Of a stretch of DNA of 64,000 nucleotides, positions 1 to 9,067 are shown piece by piece (within the stretch, counting starts at the first letter, position 1; every line of letters begins with the position of its first letter). The stretch is taken from the NCBI GenBank assembly GCA_963695155.1, contig CAVOGD010000005.1, forward strand, positions 964 to 64,963, given 5' to 3'. The stretch is from an uncultured Gammaproteobacteria bacterium (GTDB lineage: Bacteria; Pseudomonadota; Gammaproteobacteria; Steroidobacterales; Steroidobacteraceae). The notes below the pieces were generated by a model. It had not been told where the DNA came from and ran no database searches. It worked only from the letters and a program-made list of their open reading frames with translations. A program made the translations under genes and the position numbers.

Positions 1-752
1 GTTCGGTGGCGCCGCCGGCATAGCTCTGTGCCGCGGCGGCATGCGCACCCATCGTCTGCGCGTACATCGCCTTCCCTCGCCCGTAGCATAGGCACGAGGC
101 CTTTCGGAGGCCTGCGCCATTGAGAATGGCGATTTCTCCGCGCCTGTAGCTTATTAGGCCGCGCTCCTGTAACGAACTCGCCGCCTGTGTGATGCCCACG
201 CGCCGCACGCCGAGCATGTCGGCGAGAAATTCGTGCGTGAGATGAAAACAGTTGGAGAGCGCCCGATCCCGGGTCATCAGCATCCAGCGAGCGACGCGTG
301 ATTCCACGTCGTGGCGGTGGGTACAAGCGGCCGTTTGCGCCAGCTGGTTCATCCGCACCTGAATGTAGAGGTTCATCGCCAGTCGCAGTGCCGCGTCTTC
401 CTTGCAGTGACGGCGGAAGGCGGTCGCACTCATGCGTAACGCGGACCCCGCTCCCTGAACCACGGCATGTTGCAGCGAATCGCGCACGCCGAGGACAAGT
501 GGCGTTCCGAGCATGCCCTCATTGCCGACGATGCCGATCTCCAGCCGCGCTCCGTCGTCGAGCGACGTCACCAGCGAGATGACACAATTCAGTGGGAAGT
601 AGACGTTGCGAATCCGTGCCGCCCGACTCGCAAAGCACCTGCGCCAGGACCAGCTGGACCTGGTCACAACTCGCCAGGACACGCAGCCGGCTTCGATCCG
701 GCAGCGCCGCAATCAGGCGATTTTTCGGAGCGGCCTGTTTCAATGCCGGCAT
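1..752 (-). pseudogene. Crp/Fnr family transcriptional regulator, frameshifted; 3' end runs off the window start
   Basis: The N-terminal 47 aa (MPALKQAAPKNRLIAALPDRSRLRVLASCDQVQLVLAQVLCESGG) parallel the intact paralog at 1369-2088. The continuation lies in another frame: IRNVYFPLNCVISLVTSLDDGARLEIGIVGNEGMLG ... HTH LTHEFLADMLGVRRVGITQAASSLQERGLISYRRGEIAIL. The shift is near 610-622. Confidence 0.6.
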
Positions 753-859
753 TAGCTACCCTTGGCTGCAAGAACGTCGGCCGTGACAAGTCGCCGCAGC
801 GGCCGCCACTCGATGAGCCTATGCCAGGCGCAGCGGGTGACGGCTCGTCGCGGACCCGA

Positions 860-1171
860 TTACTTGACGTTCATGCCGTTCTTGACGTCTCTCACACCGC
901 TGACGGTGCGCGCCAACCTGATTGCCGTGGCGATATCCGCGGCTGAACTTACGAAGCCGCTCAACTGAACGACACCCTTGAAGGTCTCAACGTTGATCTC
1001 GGCAGCGCTCAGGGTCGACTCGCCTATGATGGCCGCCTTGACTTTGCTGGTGATGACGGTGTCGTCGATGTACTGGCCCGTGCTTTCCTGGGTCCGTGTG
1101 GACGCGCAGCCCATCGAGGTCGCCAGGAAGACAGCCGTGACAGCCGCGATGAGAATCTTTGTCGAATACAT
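860..1171 (-). CDS. BON domain-containing lipoprotein (OsmY-like)
   Basis: 103 aa starting at MYSTKILIAAVTAVFLATSMGC (lipobox). The BON-type core reads DDTVITSKVKAAIIGESTLSAAEINVETFKGVVQLSGFV...ARTVSGVRDVKNGMNV. ATG at 1171. Confidence 0.8.
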   Translation of the reverse strand: MYSTKILIAAVTAVFLATSMGCASTRTQESTGQYIDDTVITSKVKAAIIGESTLSAAEINVETFKGVVQLSGFVSSAADIATAIRLARTVSGVRDVKNGMNVK

Positions 1172-1368
1172 GAAATAGAACTCCAAATGCATTTCAAACG
1201 AGCCTGCGAAGGTCAGCTCGGTATGGAGTGTGGGCGTTGTTGCGCGCCCGGTCGGTGCGGGAGCGTACACAAGGACACTCATGGAACCCGCTAGTGGGAA
1301 CTTTGAGCGGGCGCTTTGCCTTATGGCGCGCCCGTCACGCCGCAAGTCGGCAGCCGCCTAACAGGACC

Positions 1369-2088
1369 TCATGGCTCGATGCGGTAGGGCAGCAGGCGAT
1401 CGTATTCCCGTTTGACGACCGCGTAGCACTCACAGGACCGGGCTTCCAGGCCGGGGCGGTCGAGCACGGCAATGTGGCCACGACGGTAGCTGATCAATCC
1501 TGCGTTCTGCAGCGCTCCCGCGGCCTCGGTGACTCCCTCGCGACGTACGCCGAGCATGTTGGCAATCAACTCCTGCGTCATGACGACTTCGTCCGTAGCA
1601 AGGCGGTCGATACTCAGCAACAACCACCGACACAGTTGCTGGTCGACAGAATGATGCCGATTGCAGACCGCGGTCTGCGCCATTTGCGTAATCAGGGCCT
1701 GTGTGTAGCGTAACAACAGGTACTGCAAGATCTCGGCCCTGGCGAATTCTTCCTTGAGCAACTTGGCCGGCAGACGGAAGGCATGCCCTGCGCTCTGCAC
1801 CACCGCCCGGCTGGGCGTGGTCTCGCCACCCATGAAGAGCGAGATGCCGACGATGCCCTCGTTGCCAACAACGGCGATTTCAGCGGAGGCGCCGTCCGCC
1901 AGGATATACAGCAGGGACACAATCGAGGTGGTTGGGAAATAAAGATGCCGCAGCTCGGCGCCGGATTCGTACAGCACCTGGCCCAGAGCTAACGGAACAA
2001 GTTCCAGGTGAGGTTTCAGCCGCTCGAAATCGGTCGCCGGTAAAGCGGCCAGCACGTGGTTCTGACTCGGCGTATGAGCGTCTGGCAT
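1369..2088 (-). CDS. Crp/Fnr family transcriptional regulator
   Basis: A cNMP-binding-like N-terminal half is followed by a C-terminal HTH (MTQELIANMLGVRREGVTEAAGALQNAGLISYRRGHIAVLD). The ORF extends to 2154; the internal Met at 2088 is the preferred start. Confidence 0.85.
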   Translation of the reverse strand: MPDAHTPSQNHVLAALPATDFERLKPHLELVPLALGQVLYESGAELRHLYFPTTSIVSLLYILADGASAEIAVVGNEGIVGISLFMGGETTPSRAVVQSAGHAFRLPAKLLKEEFARAEILQYLLLRYTQALITQMAQTAVCNRHHSVDQQLCRWLLLSIDRLATDEVVMTQELIANMLGVRREGVTEAAGALQNAGLISYRRGHIAVLDRPGLEARSCECYAVVKREYDRLLPYRIEP

Positions 2089-2325
2089 CGGCGTACTCCG
2101 ATCGCCCGGCCGGGGCCCTGCCACTCGGACAGGCAGACATGCGCCACCGCGCACTCAAAGATTAGTTTAGCGAGACCTATTGGCGTCGTTCAAGTAGCGA
2201 ATGGCCCGCACCTGGAGGCCAGACACCAATCGACCCCGGCAAGCCGCGCTCACCGGGGTCGAAAACGAGGCCTTGCGGGTGGACCTATGGTCTCAACCGG
2301 CTGTTTCTACAGTCATTTTCTACCG

Positions 2326-2688
2326 TCAGTCGTAGACGGTCCGGCATACCCGCCGGGTTTCCTGGTAGGTGTTGTTTTCCTGCATATTGTCCTGGATCCT
2401 GTTGCCGGCATAGCCACCAGCAACGGCGCCGCCGACAGTGGCCAGCTTCTTGCCGTCACCGCCGCCGACCTGATTGCCAAGAGCGCCGCCGATTACTGCA
2501 CCAACTACCGTTCCCGCAATCTTGTCGGGATCCTTGGTCTGTCGCGTGAGCGTGACGATTTCGTCACGGCATTCCTCGCGACCGACATTCGCCGACTTCG
2601 TGTCCATCGTCCGGTATCCTGCCACTGCGGCAACTGCCGTGATCGCCAGGGCACCCACAATGCCGCCAATGAGAAGTTGCTTGTTCAT
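2326..2688 (-). CDS. glycine zipper 2TM domain-containing protein
   Basis: MNKQLLIGGIVGALAITAVAAVAG... followed by IAGTVVGAVIGGALGNQVGGGDGKKLATVGGAVAGGYAGN. Paralogous to 6339-6773 and 7654-8189. Confidence 0.8.
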   Translation of the reverse strand: MNKQLLIGGIVGALAITAVAAVAGYRTMDTKSANVGREECRDEIVTLTRQTKDPDKIAGTVVGAVIGGALGNQVGGGDGKKLATVGGAVAGGYAGNRIQDNMQENNTYQETRRVCRTVYD

Positions 2689-2862
2689 ATCGAAACTACC
2701 TGGAGCCGCGAACTGCGGCGGTGACAATTTGAGGGTGGATCATGCGCGCTGGCGGTTCGGTCGTCTGTACGCCAGCGAACGTTTGGACTTGAGTCACAGC
2801 CGCGTGACTGGCAGAGGTTCAGGAACAGGCCGAACCTGTCCTGTAGCGAAGGGATCGTGGTG

Positions 2863-3081
2863 TTACGGCTTGGTGCGGACAACCAACAGAAAGCCACCGA
2901 TCAGGATGGCGCCAACACCGACCCAGATCGGGACATTGACGGTCTGCTTTTCATCGATGGACATGTGCAGAGGACCCATGTCGACTTCGTGAGTCTGTTT
3001 CGTGTAGGTAAAGCCGCCATACGCCAGCCCTAACACGCCGGCGCCGATCAGCACGATAGCCGCGATCTTGGTTGATTTCAT
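2863..3081 (-). CDS. small two-TM membrane protein, unknown function
   Basis: 72 aa (MKSTKIAAIVLIGAGVLGLAYGG...VPIWVGVGAILIGGFLLVV) with two hydrophobic helices. Sits in the small-protein cluster. Confidence 0.5.
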   Translation of the reverse strand: MKSTKIAAIVLIGAGVLGLAYGGFTYTKQTHEVDMGPLHMSIDEKQTVNVPIWVGVGAILIGGFLLVVRTKP

Positions 3082-3234
3082 CGAGTGTCGTCCTTCTTGC
3101 AAGAACATCGATGCTATAGGCGGCCTGCCACCGCGTCGGTACGCTGCCGTACGTAAGGGTAGCGCCGCGCCCTCAGATGCCACCGCGCGCAGGCCATTGG
3201 CAAAGATGGGCGCCAGACGCGGGTCTGGCCCGCC

Positions 3235-3366
3235 CTAGTCGTGCCGTGGCGTCCCCCTGGCTGCCTTCTTCGGCTTGTAGTCGCCGATGAGACCCTTTAC
3301 CTGGCACATACGAACGATGGGGCACTTCTTGCAACCGATGGCAAACGCGACAGGGCAAAGGGTCAT
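3235..3366 (-). CDS. 43-aa Cys-rich basic peptide (not in the supplied ORF track)
   Basis: Hand translation gives MTLCPVAFAIGCKKCPIVRMCQVKGLIGDYKPKKAARGTPRHD*. Its ATG overlaps the TGA of the upstream ORF (ATGA at 3363-3366). Cys pattern is C-x7-C-x2-C-x5-C. Confidence 0.4.
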   Translation of the reverse strand: MTLCPVAFAIGCKKCPIVRMCQVKGLIGDYKPKKAARGTPRHD

Positions 3367-3578
3367 GGCAGACCCCGGATCAGGCGCCGCTCAGCGAGAC
3401 TCCGGCGCGGCTGCTCGATACGCCGCAGCCAGACCTCAGAGGGATTCCAGCCCGCTGCGACCTGGCCGGACGCCGGTCCAGTGGTCGTGCCGGTCTCGGC
3501 GCTCGCGCTGTGCTGCGGTTCCTCCGACGCCAGGGCCAACTGAATCCAGGACTTCTGCAATGTCGAATCACTGCTCAT
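3363..3578 (-). CDS. 71-aa hypothetical protein
   Basis: MSSDSTLQKSWIQLALASEE...GWNPSEVWLRRIEQP... The start is preceded by GGGAGAAGAGG 5 nt upstream. The stop is coupled to the 43-aa ORF. Confidence 0.45.
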   Translation of the reverse strand: MSSDSTLQKSWIQLALASEEPQHSASAETGTTTGPASGQVAAGWNPSEVWLRRIEQPRRSLAERRLIRGLP

Positions 3579-3826
3579 AACGCCTCTTCTCCCGATGGGG
3601 TCTTGATGGCACTCTGTGATGTCTCGAACTGCTCGTCTGTCCGGCAGCGCACGGAACTGCCTCCAAGTGGTTGATTCCCTGACGCGCTGCGCGAACAAGG
3701 TCGCCGCCCTTCACTCGGTGCGCCAGCGAACAGACTGCGCCACCTGTGGCGGAGCAATCTCGCAGAGTGGCCTGGCGAAGCCGCAATCCTGTGGCTACCT
3801 GCGACACTAGAAGGAGTCAGATTCAG

Positions 3827-4303
3827 ATGAATAGCCGCTCTCTACAATTCATGCAGATATGCGTCGTGGCAGCCGGGGCGATTGCGGCCATGATGATGAC
3901 ATCCTGTGCTCTAACCAGGGCTTCTTCACCAAAGCAGCTGAGCGCGAGCAATCCCACCGTTACCTATCAATATCGCAACGACGATGAACTGATCCAGGCC
4001 AACCAGCGCGCGGTCGCGTTCTGCGAGCCTTACCAGTCCTTGCCCCAGGCGCGAAGTTTTTCCAACGACCCCGAGGGTCGCAGGATCGTTGTTTTCGAAT
4101 GTGTCCAGACTTCCCAGGCTGCACCGGTTGACCATCCAGATTCTGCTCTCCGCTTCAACTACCGGACTGACCAGGAATTGCTGGAGGCGTCGCGAAATGC
4201 CCAGATCTACTGCGTGAAGATCGGCAGGCCGGGCGTTGTGTCGAATGTTGTGGTCCACGCAGATGGCAGCAAGACCGTTACGTTCCAGTGCAGCCCGAGG
4301 TAG
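3827..4303 (+). CDS. lipoprotein with an internally duplicated ~45-aa Cys-pair module
   Basis: AAGGAG lies 8 nt before the ATG at 3827. Signal and lipobox are MNSRSLQFMQICVVAAGAIAAMMMTSC. The two repeats are TVTYQYRNDDELIQANQRAVAFC...IVVFEC and LRFNYRTDQELLEASRNAQIYC...TVTFQC. Confidence 0.65.
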   Translation: MNSRSLQFMQICVVAAGAIAAMMMTSCALTRASSPKQLSASNPTVTYQYRNDDELIQANQRAVAFCEPYQSLPQARSFSNDPEGRRIVVFECVQTSQAAPVDHPDSALRFNYRTDQELLEASRNAQIYCVKIGRPGVVSNVVVHADGSKTVTFQCSPR

Positions 4304-4372
4304 TGCGGTAGTCTTGGACAGGCGCGCAGCCGGGTGTGGAGCTGGCGGGCGACCAGGCGTACAGTGGCGGAC

Positions 4373-5851
4373 GTGAACGCGCTGCTGCTGTATCCCGCGT
4401 TTCCCGACACATTCTGGAGCTTCCGGCACGCGCTGAAGTTCGTGGGCCGGCGCGCCGCCATGCCGCCCCTCGGTCTGGTCACCATCGCGCCCATGCTGCC
4501 GCGCAGCTGGAACCTCCGGCTCGTGGACGTCAACGTGCGCCCGCTCGCCGCGGCCGAGCTGGAGTGGGCCGACCTGGTGCTGGTCAGCGCGATGAGCGCC
4601 CAGCGCTCCTCGGCTCGAGCGGTGATCGCGCGCTGCCGTGCCGCTGGCAAGACCATCGTTGCGGGCGGACCGTTGTTCGACGCGGAGCAGGCGGGCTTTC
4701 CTGAAGTTGACCATTTCGTCCTCGGCGAGGCGGAGGCGACGCTGGCTCCGTTTCTAGCCGACCTTGAGGCCGGCCGAGCGCGGCATGTCTATCTTCCGTC
4801 CGTGGTGCCCGATCTGAGTGCCACCCCGGTGCCGCGTTGGGACCTGCTCAGACTCGCTGACTATCAGTCGATGAGCGTCCAGTTCTCGCGCGGCTGCCCG
4901 TTCGACTGCGAGTTTTGCGACATCACTGCACGCTTCGGGCACCGGCCGCGCACCAAGGCCCCCGAACAGATCATCGCCGAGCTGGATGCACTCCATGCCC
5001 AGGGCTGGCACGGCTCGGTCTTCTTCGTCGACGATAACTTCATCGGCAACGTGCGAGAGCTCAAGACGCGCCTGCTACCCACGCTCGTTGCCTGGCGGAA
5101 AGACAAGCGCGGCATGCCCTTCTTTACCGAGGCCTCGATCAACCTGGCGCGCAACCCGGCCCTGCTAGCGCTGATGGTTGAGGCCGGGTTCAACTCCGTG
5201 TTCATCGGCATCGAGACGCCGGACGACGCCGGTCTGGCCGAGTGCAACAAGCGACAGAACCGCGGCCGAGACCTGCTGGCCGACGTCCGCACCATCCAGC
5301 GCGCAGGTATGCAGGTGCAGGGTGGGTTCATCGTCGGCTTCGACCACGACACGCCGGAGGTGTTCCGGCGCATGGTCGAGTTCATCCAGGACAGCGGCAT
5401 CGTCACCGCGATGGTCGGCATCCTCAACGCGCCCAGCACCACACGTCTTTACGAACGCATGAAACGTGAGGGCCGGTTGCTGGGCGAGATGACCGGCGAC
5501 AACGTCGACGGCACCACCAACATCCTGCCGCGCATGGGGCTGGGTGCGCTTCGCGAGGGTTATCGAGACATCCTGCGCAGCCTGTACTCGCCCGGCCCGT
5601 ACTACCGGCGCGTGCGCACGTTTCTGCGCGAGTACCGTCCGCCGAAGCTTCGTGGGATTCCTGACTGGCGCCACCTGCTCGCGTTCTTCTACTCGGTGGT
5701 GCGTCTCGGGGTGCTCGGACGTGAGCGGTTTCACTACTGGGGCCTGCTCGGCTGGACACTGTGCCGCCGCCCGCAGCTGCTCGCTGAAGCCGTGACGTTG
5801 TCCATTTACGGGCATCACTTCCGCAAGGTCTACGGGGCGCTCCGCGCCTGA
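4373..5851 (+). CDS. B12-binding domain-containing radical SAM protein (DUF4070-type C-terminus)
   Basis: The N-terminus NALLLYPAFPDTFWSFRHALKFVGRRAAMPPLGLVTIAPMLP is typical of this family. Radical SAM motif FSRGCPFDCEFCDI (CxxxCxxC) is present. The ORF opens at GTG 4334; GTG 4373 fits family N-termini better. Confidence 0.85.
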   Translation: MNALLLYPAFPDTFWSFRHALKFVGRRAAMPPLGLVTIAPMLPRSWNLRLVDVNVRPLAAAELEWADLVLVSAMSAQRSSARAVIARCRAAGKTIVAGGPLFDAEQAGFPEVDHFVLGEAEATLAPFLADLEAGRARHVYLPSVVPDLSATPVPRWDLLRLADYQSMSVQFSRGCPFDCEFCDITARFGHRPRTKAPEQIIAELDALHAQGWHGSVFFVDDNFIGNVRELKTRLLPTLVAWRKDKRGMPFFTEASINLARNPALLALMVEAGFNSVFIGIETPDDAGLAECNKRQNRGRDLLADVRTIQRAGMQVQGGFIVGFDHDTPEVFRRMVEFIQDSGIVTAMVGILNAPSTTRLYERMKREGRLLGEMTGDNVDGTTNILPRMGLGALREGYRDILRSLYSPGPYYRRVRTFLREYRPPKLRGIPDWRHLLAFFYSVVRLGVLGRERFHYWGLLGWTLCRRPQLLAEAVTLSIYGHHFRKVYGALRA

Positions 5852-6338
5852 GCAGCCTGAGCCTTGCCGGCTCGATCGCGTCTCTGGACGACTGGGCGCT
5901 TGGGTAGCGCGCAGACACCCGGGCGAGCCGGTGGCCAAGTGCCCCGCGGTGCACGACCGTGCGGACCATTCCAGTGCGCGCTTCCACCCTGGGTACGCCA
6001 GAGGGGCGGAATTAGTCGCCGACACGCGGTTTTTCAGTTCACGCCTGAACTGCGATGTGTTCATCTGGGCCTTCGACGATATCCCGCAGTCGGATGGATA
6101 GGCATGTTCCTTAGGCTTCCCACAGCCTTCCCAAGGCTCTCGCCTTCATCACTATCTTCGGCTCTGCATGTCACGGAGCGTATGGGGGATGCCGCCAACA
6201 CCCAGATCGGGCTCGCATTGACCGGCAAGAGGCAGTCCTCATCTCGCCGGGCTGTTGACGCTACGTACGGCGCCGCACAGACCTTGGCGGGATGATTGCC
6301 GGATGCTTGGCGTAGATTTCAAGAGAAGGTAGGTTCCC

Positions 6339-6773
6339 ATGAATAGCGTTGCCCTGAAGTCCGGTCTCGTTGCGCTGACCGTTCTGCTTGTTGCCGCCTG
6401 CAGTTCCCAGCCCCGCTACAACAACACCTGTAGCAACTGTGGCACCGTCGACCGGATCGAGCGCGTCCAACTCCAGGACCAGCACCAGAGCATCGGCGCG
6501 GGTGCCGTGATTGGCGCCATCATCGGCGGTGCGGCCGGCAGCCAGATCGGTTCCGACGACAACCAGACGGCCGCCATCGCGGCCGGCGCGGTCGTCGGAA
6601 GCGTGATCGGCCACCAGGTCCAGAAGCGCGGCAACGCGAACCAAGACGGTTACCTGTTCGAAGTCAGGCTCGACGACGGGCGCTGGGCCAGGGTCACCCA
6701 GCTGGAAAACCCGGGCCTGCGCGTCGGCAGCCGCGTGATCATCGTCAACGACGAGGTGCAGCGCCTGCGCTGA
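6339..6773 (+). CDS. glycine zipper 2TM domain lipoprotein (SlyB-like)
   Basis: Lipobox is LLVAACSS. Glycine zipper reads GAGAVIGAIIGGAAGSQIGSDDNQTAAIAAGAVVGSVIGHQV. The C-terminal beta domain reads YLFEVRLDDGRWARVTQ. Confidence 0.8.
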   Translation: MNSVALKSGLVALTVLLVAACSSQPRYNNTCSNCGTVDRIERVQLQDQHQSIGAGAVIGAIIGGAAGSQIGSDDNQTAAIAAGAVVGSVIGHQVQKRGNANQDGYLFEVRLDDGRWARVTQLENPGLRVGSRVIIVNDEVQRLR

Positions 6774-6935
6774 ATGGTCGGTTGTGCGTCAGCTGTCGTC
6801 CTGGATCGTGACGACCATGTGTCGCCATTGTTGGAAACACCCGCGGATGGTCCTCTGTTCGCTACCGCACTGAGCTTTTTCCGACCCGAGGACACACTGG
6901 CCTGGCTATTCAATCCATGACCGAAGGTGAATCAG

Positions 6936-7151
6936 ATGAACTGGGACCGCATACAAGGCAACTGGAAGAGGGTTACCGGCAGGGCCAAGGAGCAGTGGGG
7001 CAAGCTGACGGATGACGACCTCGACGTCATCGCCGGTCGCCGCGAGCAACTGTCCGGCAAAATCCAGGAGCGTTATGGCATTGCCAAGGACGAGGCCGAG
7101 AAGCAGCTCGCGGCATGGGAGCGCAAGGCGACCGACTCCTGGTTCAACTAG
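6936..7151 (+). CDS. CsbD family stress protein
   Basis: MNWDRIQGNWKRVTGRAKEQWGKLTDDDLDVIAGRREQLSGKIQERYGIAKDEAEKQL is the canonical CsbD signature. GAAGG precedes the ATG at 6936. Confidence 0.85.
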   Translation: MNWDRIQGNWKRVTGRAKEQWGKLTDDDLDVIAGRREQLSGKIQERYGIAKDEAEKQLAAWERKATDSWFN

Positions 7152-7299
7152 GGCGGCGAACGCGTCTGAATCGCGAATGTGAAACCGGCCGGATGGGTCG
7201 GATTCTGGTTCGCAAACAGTTCTTGCCGGGAGCTTGCGCATGGGCGGCCCGGGTCGCCAGGCGCAGGATGACCCGGCCACGACAATCAGGAGAGACATC

Positions 7300-7449
7300 A
7301 TGCTTTGGACAATCGCCGTTATCTTGTTCGTTCTCTGGCTTCTGGGCCTTGTCAGTTCGTACACCATGGGAGGGTTCATTCACATCCTCCTGGTCCTGGC
7401 GGTCATCGTCATCCTGGTCAACGTGATCCAGGGCCGACGCGCACTCTAG
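7300..7449 (+). CDS. lmo0937 family small membrane protein
   Basis: MLWTIAVILFVLWLLGLVSSYTMGGFIHILLVLAVIVILVNVIQGRR. CAGGAGAG lies upstream of the ATG at 7300. Confidence 0.75.
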   Translation: MLWTIAVILFVLWLLGLVSSYTMGGFIHILLVLAVIVILVNVIQGRRAL

Positions 7450-7541
7450 GGGTCCCGCAGCGGCTCCATTGAGGCGGCCGATCTGGGGTCGGTTCACATG
7501 CCGTGAGAGAACAGGAAACGGTAAACGTCCCAATGTGGGCT

Positions 7542-7582
7542 GGCGTCAGGGCGATAGTGCCTGACGCCGGGCTTCTTCCCTT
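7542..7582 (+). terminator. candidate rho-independent terminator
   Basis: A 9-bp stem (GGCGTCAGG at 7542-7550 with CCTGACGCC at 7560-7568) is followed by GGGCTTCTTCCCTT. Confidence 0.35.
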
Positions 7583-7653
7583 GCGAGGCCGGAAGAGCTA
7601 GTTGCGGCCACGATTGCAGAGGCCTGGCCACAGTCTCGAGAGGAGTAATACAG

Positions 7654-8189
7654 ATGAACAAGTCCCTGGTGGCCGGATTGATTCTCGGTGGTGCCGCGAT
7701 CACGGCGGTCGGCGCCTACGCAATCACACAGACGAATCTGAATCCCTGGCAAGACTATGCGCAGGTCGTAGCGGTCGAGCCCGCGTTCGACAACAAACGG
7801 ATTCCACGGCAGGTCTGCAATGACGAGACGGTCACGCAACAGGTGCCTGTCAAGGACGAGAAGAGGATTGCCGGCACGGCAGTCGGCGCCGTCATAGGCG
7901 GCGTGCTGGAAACCAGATCGGCGGTGGCGACGGGCAGAAGCTCGCGACCGCAGCGGGCGCGGTCGCTGGCGGCTATGCCGGCAGCAAAGTCCAGAAGCGC
8001 ATGCAGCAAGGCAATACCGAAACCACCGTGGTACAGGACTGCAAGACCGTCTACGACAACCACAAGATTCCAGCCGGCTACTCGGTCACCTACCTGCTCG
8101 ACGGCAGGCGAGGCGTCGTACGCATGGATCATGACCCAGGCAAGCGGATTCGCGTCGAAGACGGCGAGCTGGTCCTGACCAGGTCCTGA
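7654..8189 (+). pseudogene. glycine zipper 2TM domain protein, frameshifted
   Basis: Frame 1 gives MNKSLVAGLILGGAAITAV...IAGTAVGAVIGGVL. The zipper then continues in the next frame (GNQIGGGDGQKLATAAGAVAGGYAGSKVQKRMQQGNTETTVVQDCKTVYD...). The shift is at the GG run 7908-7909 (ctggaaac where ctgggaaac is expected). Confidence 0.7.
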
Positions 8190-8230
8190 ATCCTGCGCCA
8201 ACAGGCGACTCGGAAATTAACCTAGATTGC

Positions 8231-8264
8231 AAAGGCCCCTTCTCGGGGGCCTTGTGCATTTGTT
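8231..8264 (+). terminator. candidate rho-independent terminator
   Basis: GGCCCC (8234-8239) pairs with GGGGCC (8246-8251), followed by TTGTGCATTTGTT. Confidence 0.45.
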
Positions 8265-8329
8265 GCACAGCAAGGCCAGGCTGTCGCGCATGCTCTGCGA
8301 CTCCACAAGAAATTCGCCGGAGTGACCGC

Positions 8330-9064
8330 GTGTTGATCCCGCACCGAAGGTATCTGGTCATCCTGAGCCTGATCTTCGCGGTCTGGTGGCTTTTTCTCGC
8401 CATCGCCCCCTGGCATCGCGACGTCTGGTGGACGGAGAACATGCTCGTCATCCCGGCTGTCGCATTTCTGGTGGGGTTCCATCGAAAGCTGCTGTTCTCA
8501 CGAGTGTCCTACACGCTGATATTCATCTTCATGTGCGTGCACCAGGTGGGCGCGCACTACAGCTACGCGGAAGTTCCTTACGACATGTGGGTTGAGAATC
8601 TCACCGGCGAGACTTTCAACGACCTCGTCGGCTGGCAACGCAACAACTTCGATCGTGTCGTCCACTTTTCCTACGGCTTGCTGCTCGCTTATCCCATTCG
8701 CGAGATCTTCCTGCGCGTTGCCGACGTGCGTGGATTCTGGGGATATTTCCTGCCGCTTGACCTGACGATGTCGACGTCGATGCTTTTCGAGTTGATCGAG
8801 TGGCTAGTGGCAGTGTTGTTCGGCGGGGGCCTCGGCCAGGCATACCTCGGAGCCCAGGGCGATATCTGGGATGCCCAGAGTGACATGGCACTGGCCAGCC
8901 TGGGCGCCCTCATCGCGATGCTGATGACGGTCGTCGTGAACTTGCGTTTCCAGCGCGATTTCAACCGTGATTGGGCCGAGAGCATCCGCGTGAAACACAA
9001 AGCCCCGCTCGGCGAAGACTCACTCGCAAGGATGACGCGCAAGCACTCCCGCAAGCGCAAGTAA
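8330..9064 (+). CDS. DUF2238 (YjdF-like) membrane protein
   Basis: WHRDVWWTENMLVIPAVAFLVGFHRKLLFSRVSYTLIFIFMCVHQVGAHYSYAEVPYDMW matches the family signature as I recall it. GTG 8330 is the likely start; the ORF opens at 8252. Confidence 0.8.
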   Translation: MLIPHRRYLVILSLIFAVWWLFLAIAPWHRDVWWTENMLVIPAVAFLVGFHRKLLFSRVSYTLIFIFMCVHQVGAHYSYAEVPYDMWVENLTGETFNDLVGWQRNNFDRVVHFSYGLLLAYPIREIFLRVADVRGFWGYFLPLDLTMSTSMLFELIEWLVAVLFGGGLGQAYLGAQGDIWDAQSDMALASLGALIAMLMTVVVNLRFQRDFNRDWAESIRVKHKAPLGEDSLARMTRKHSRKRK

Positions 9065-9067
9065 GCA

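Noticed and set aside
5165-6064. 299-aa minus-strand ORF overlapping the 3' end of the radical SAM gene
   Set aside because: Most of it is antisense to the well-supported rSAM frame. There is no RBS and no recognisable motif.
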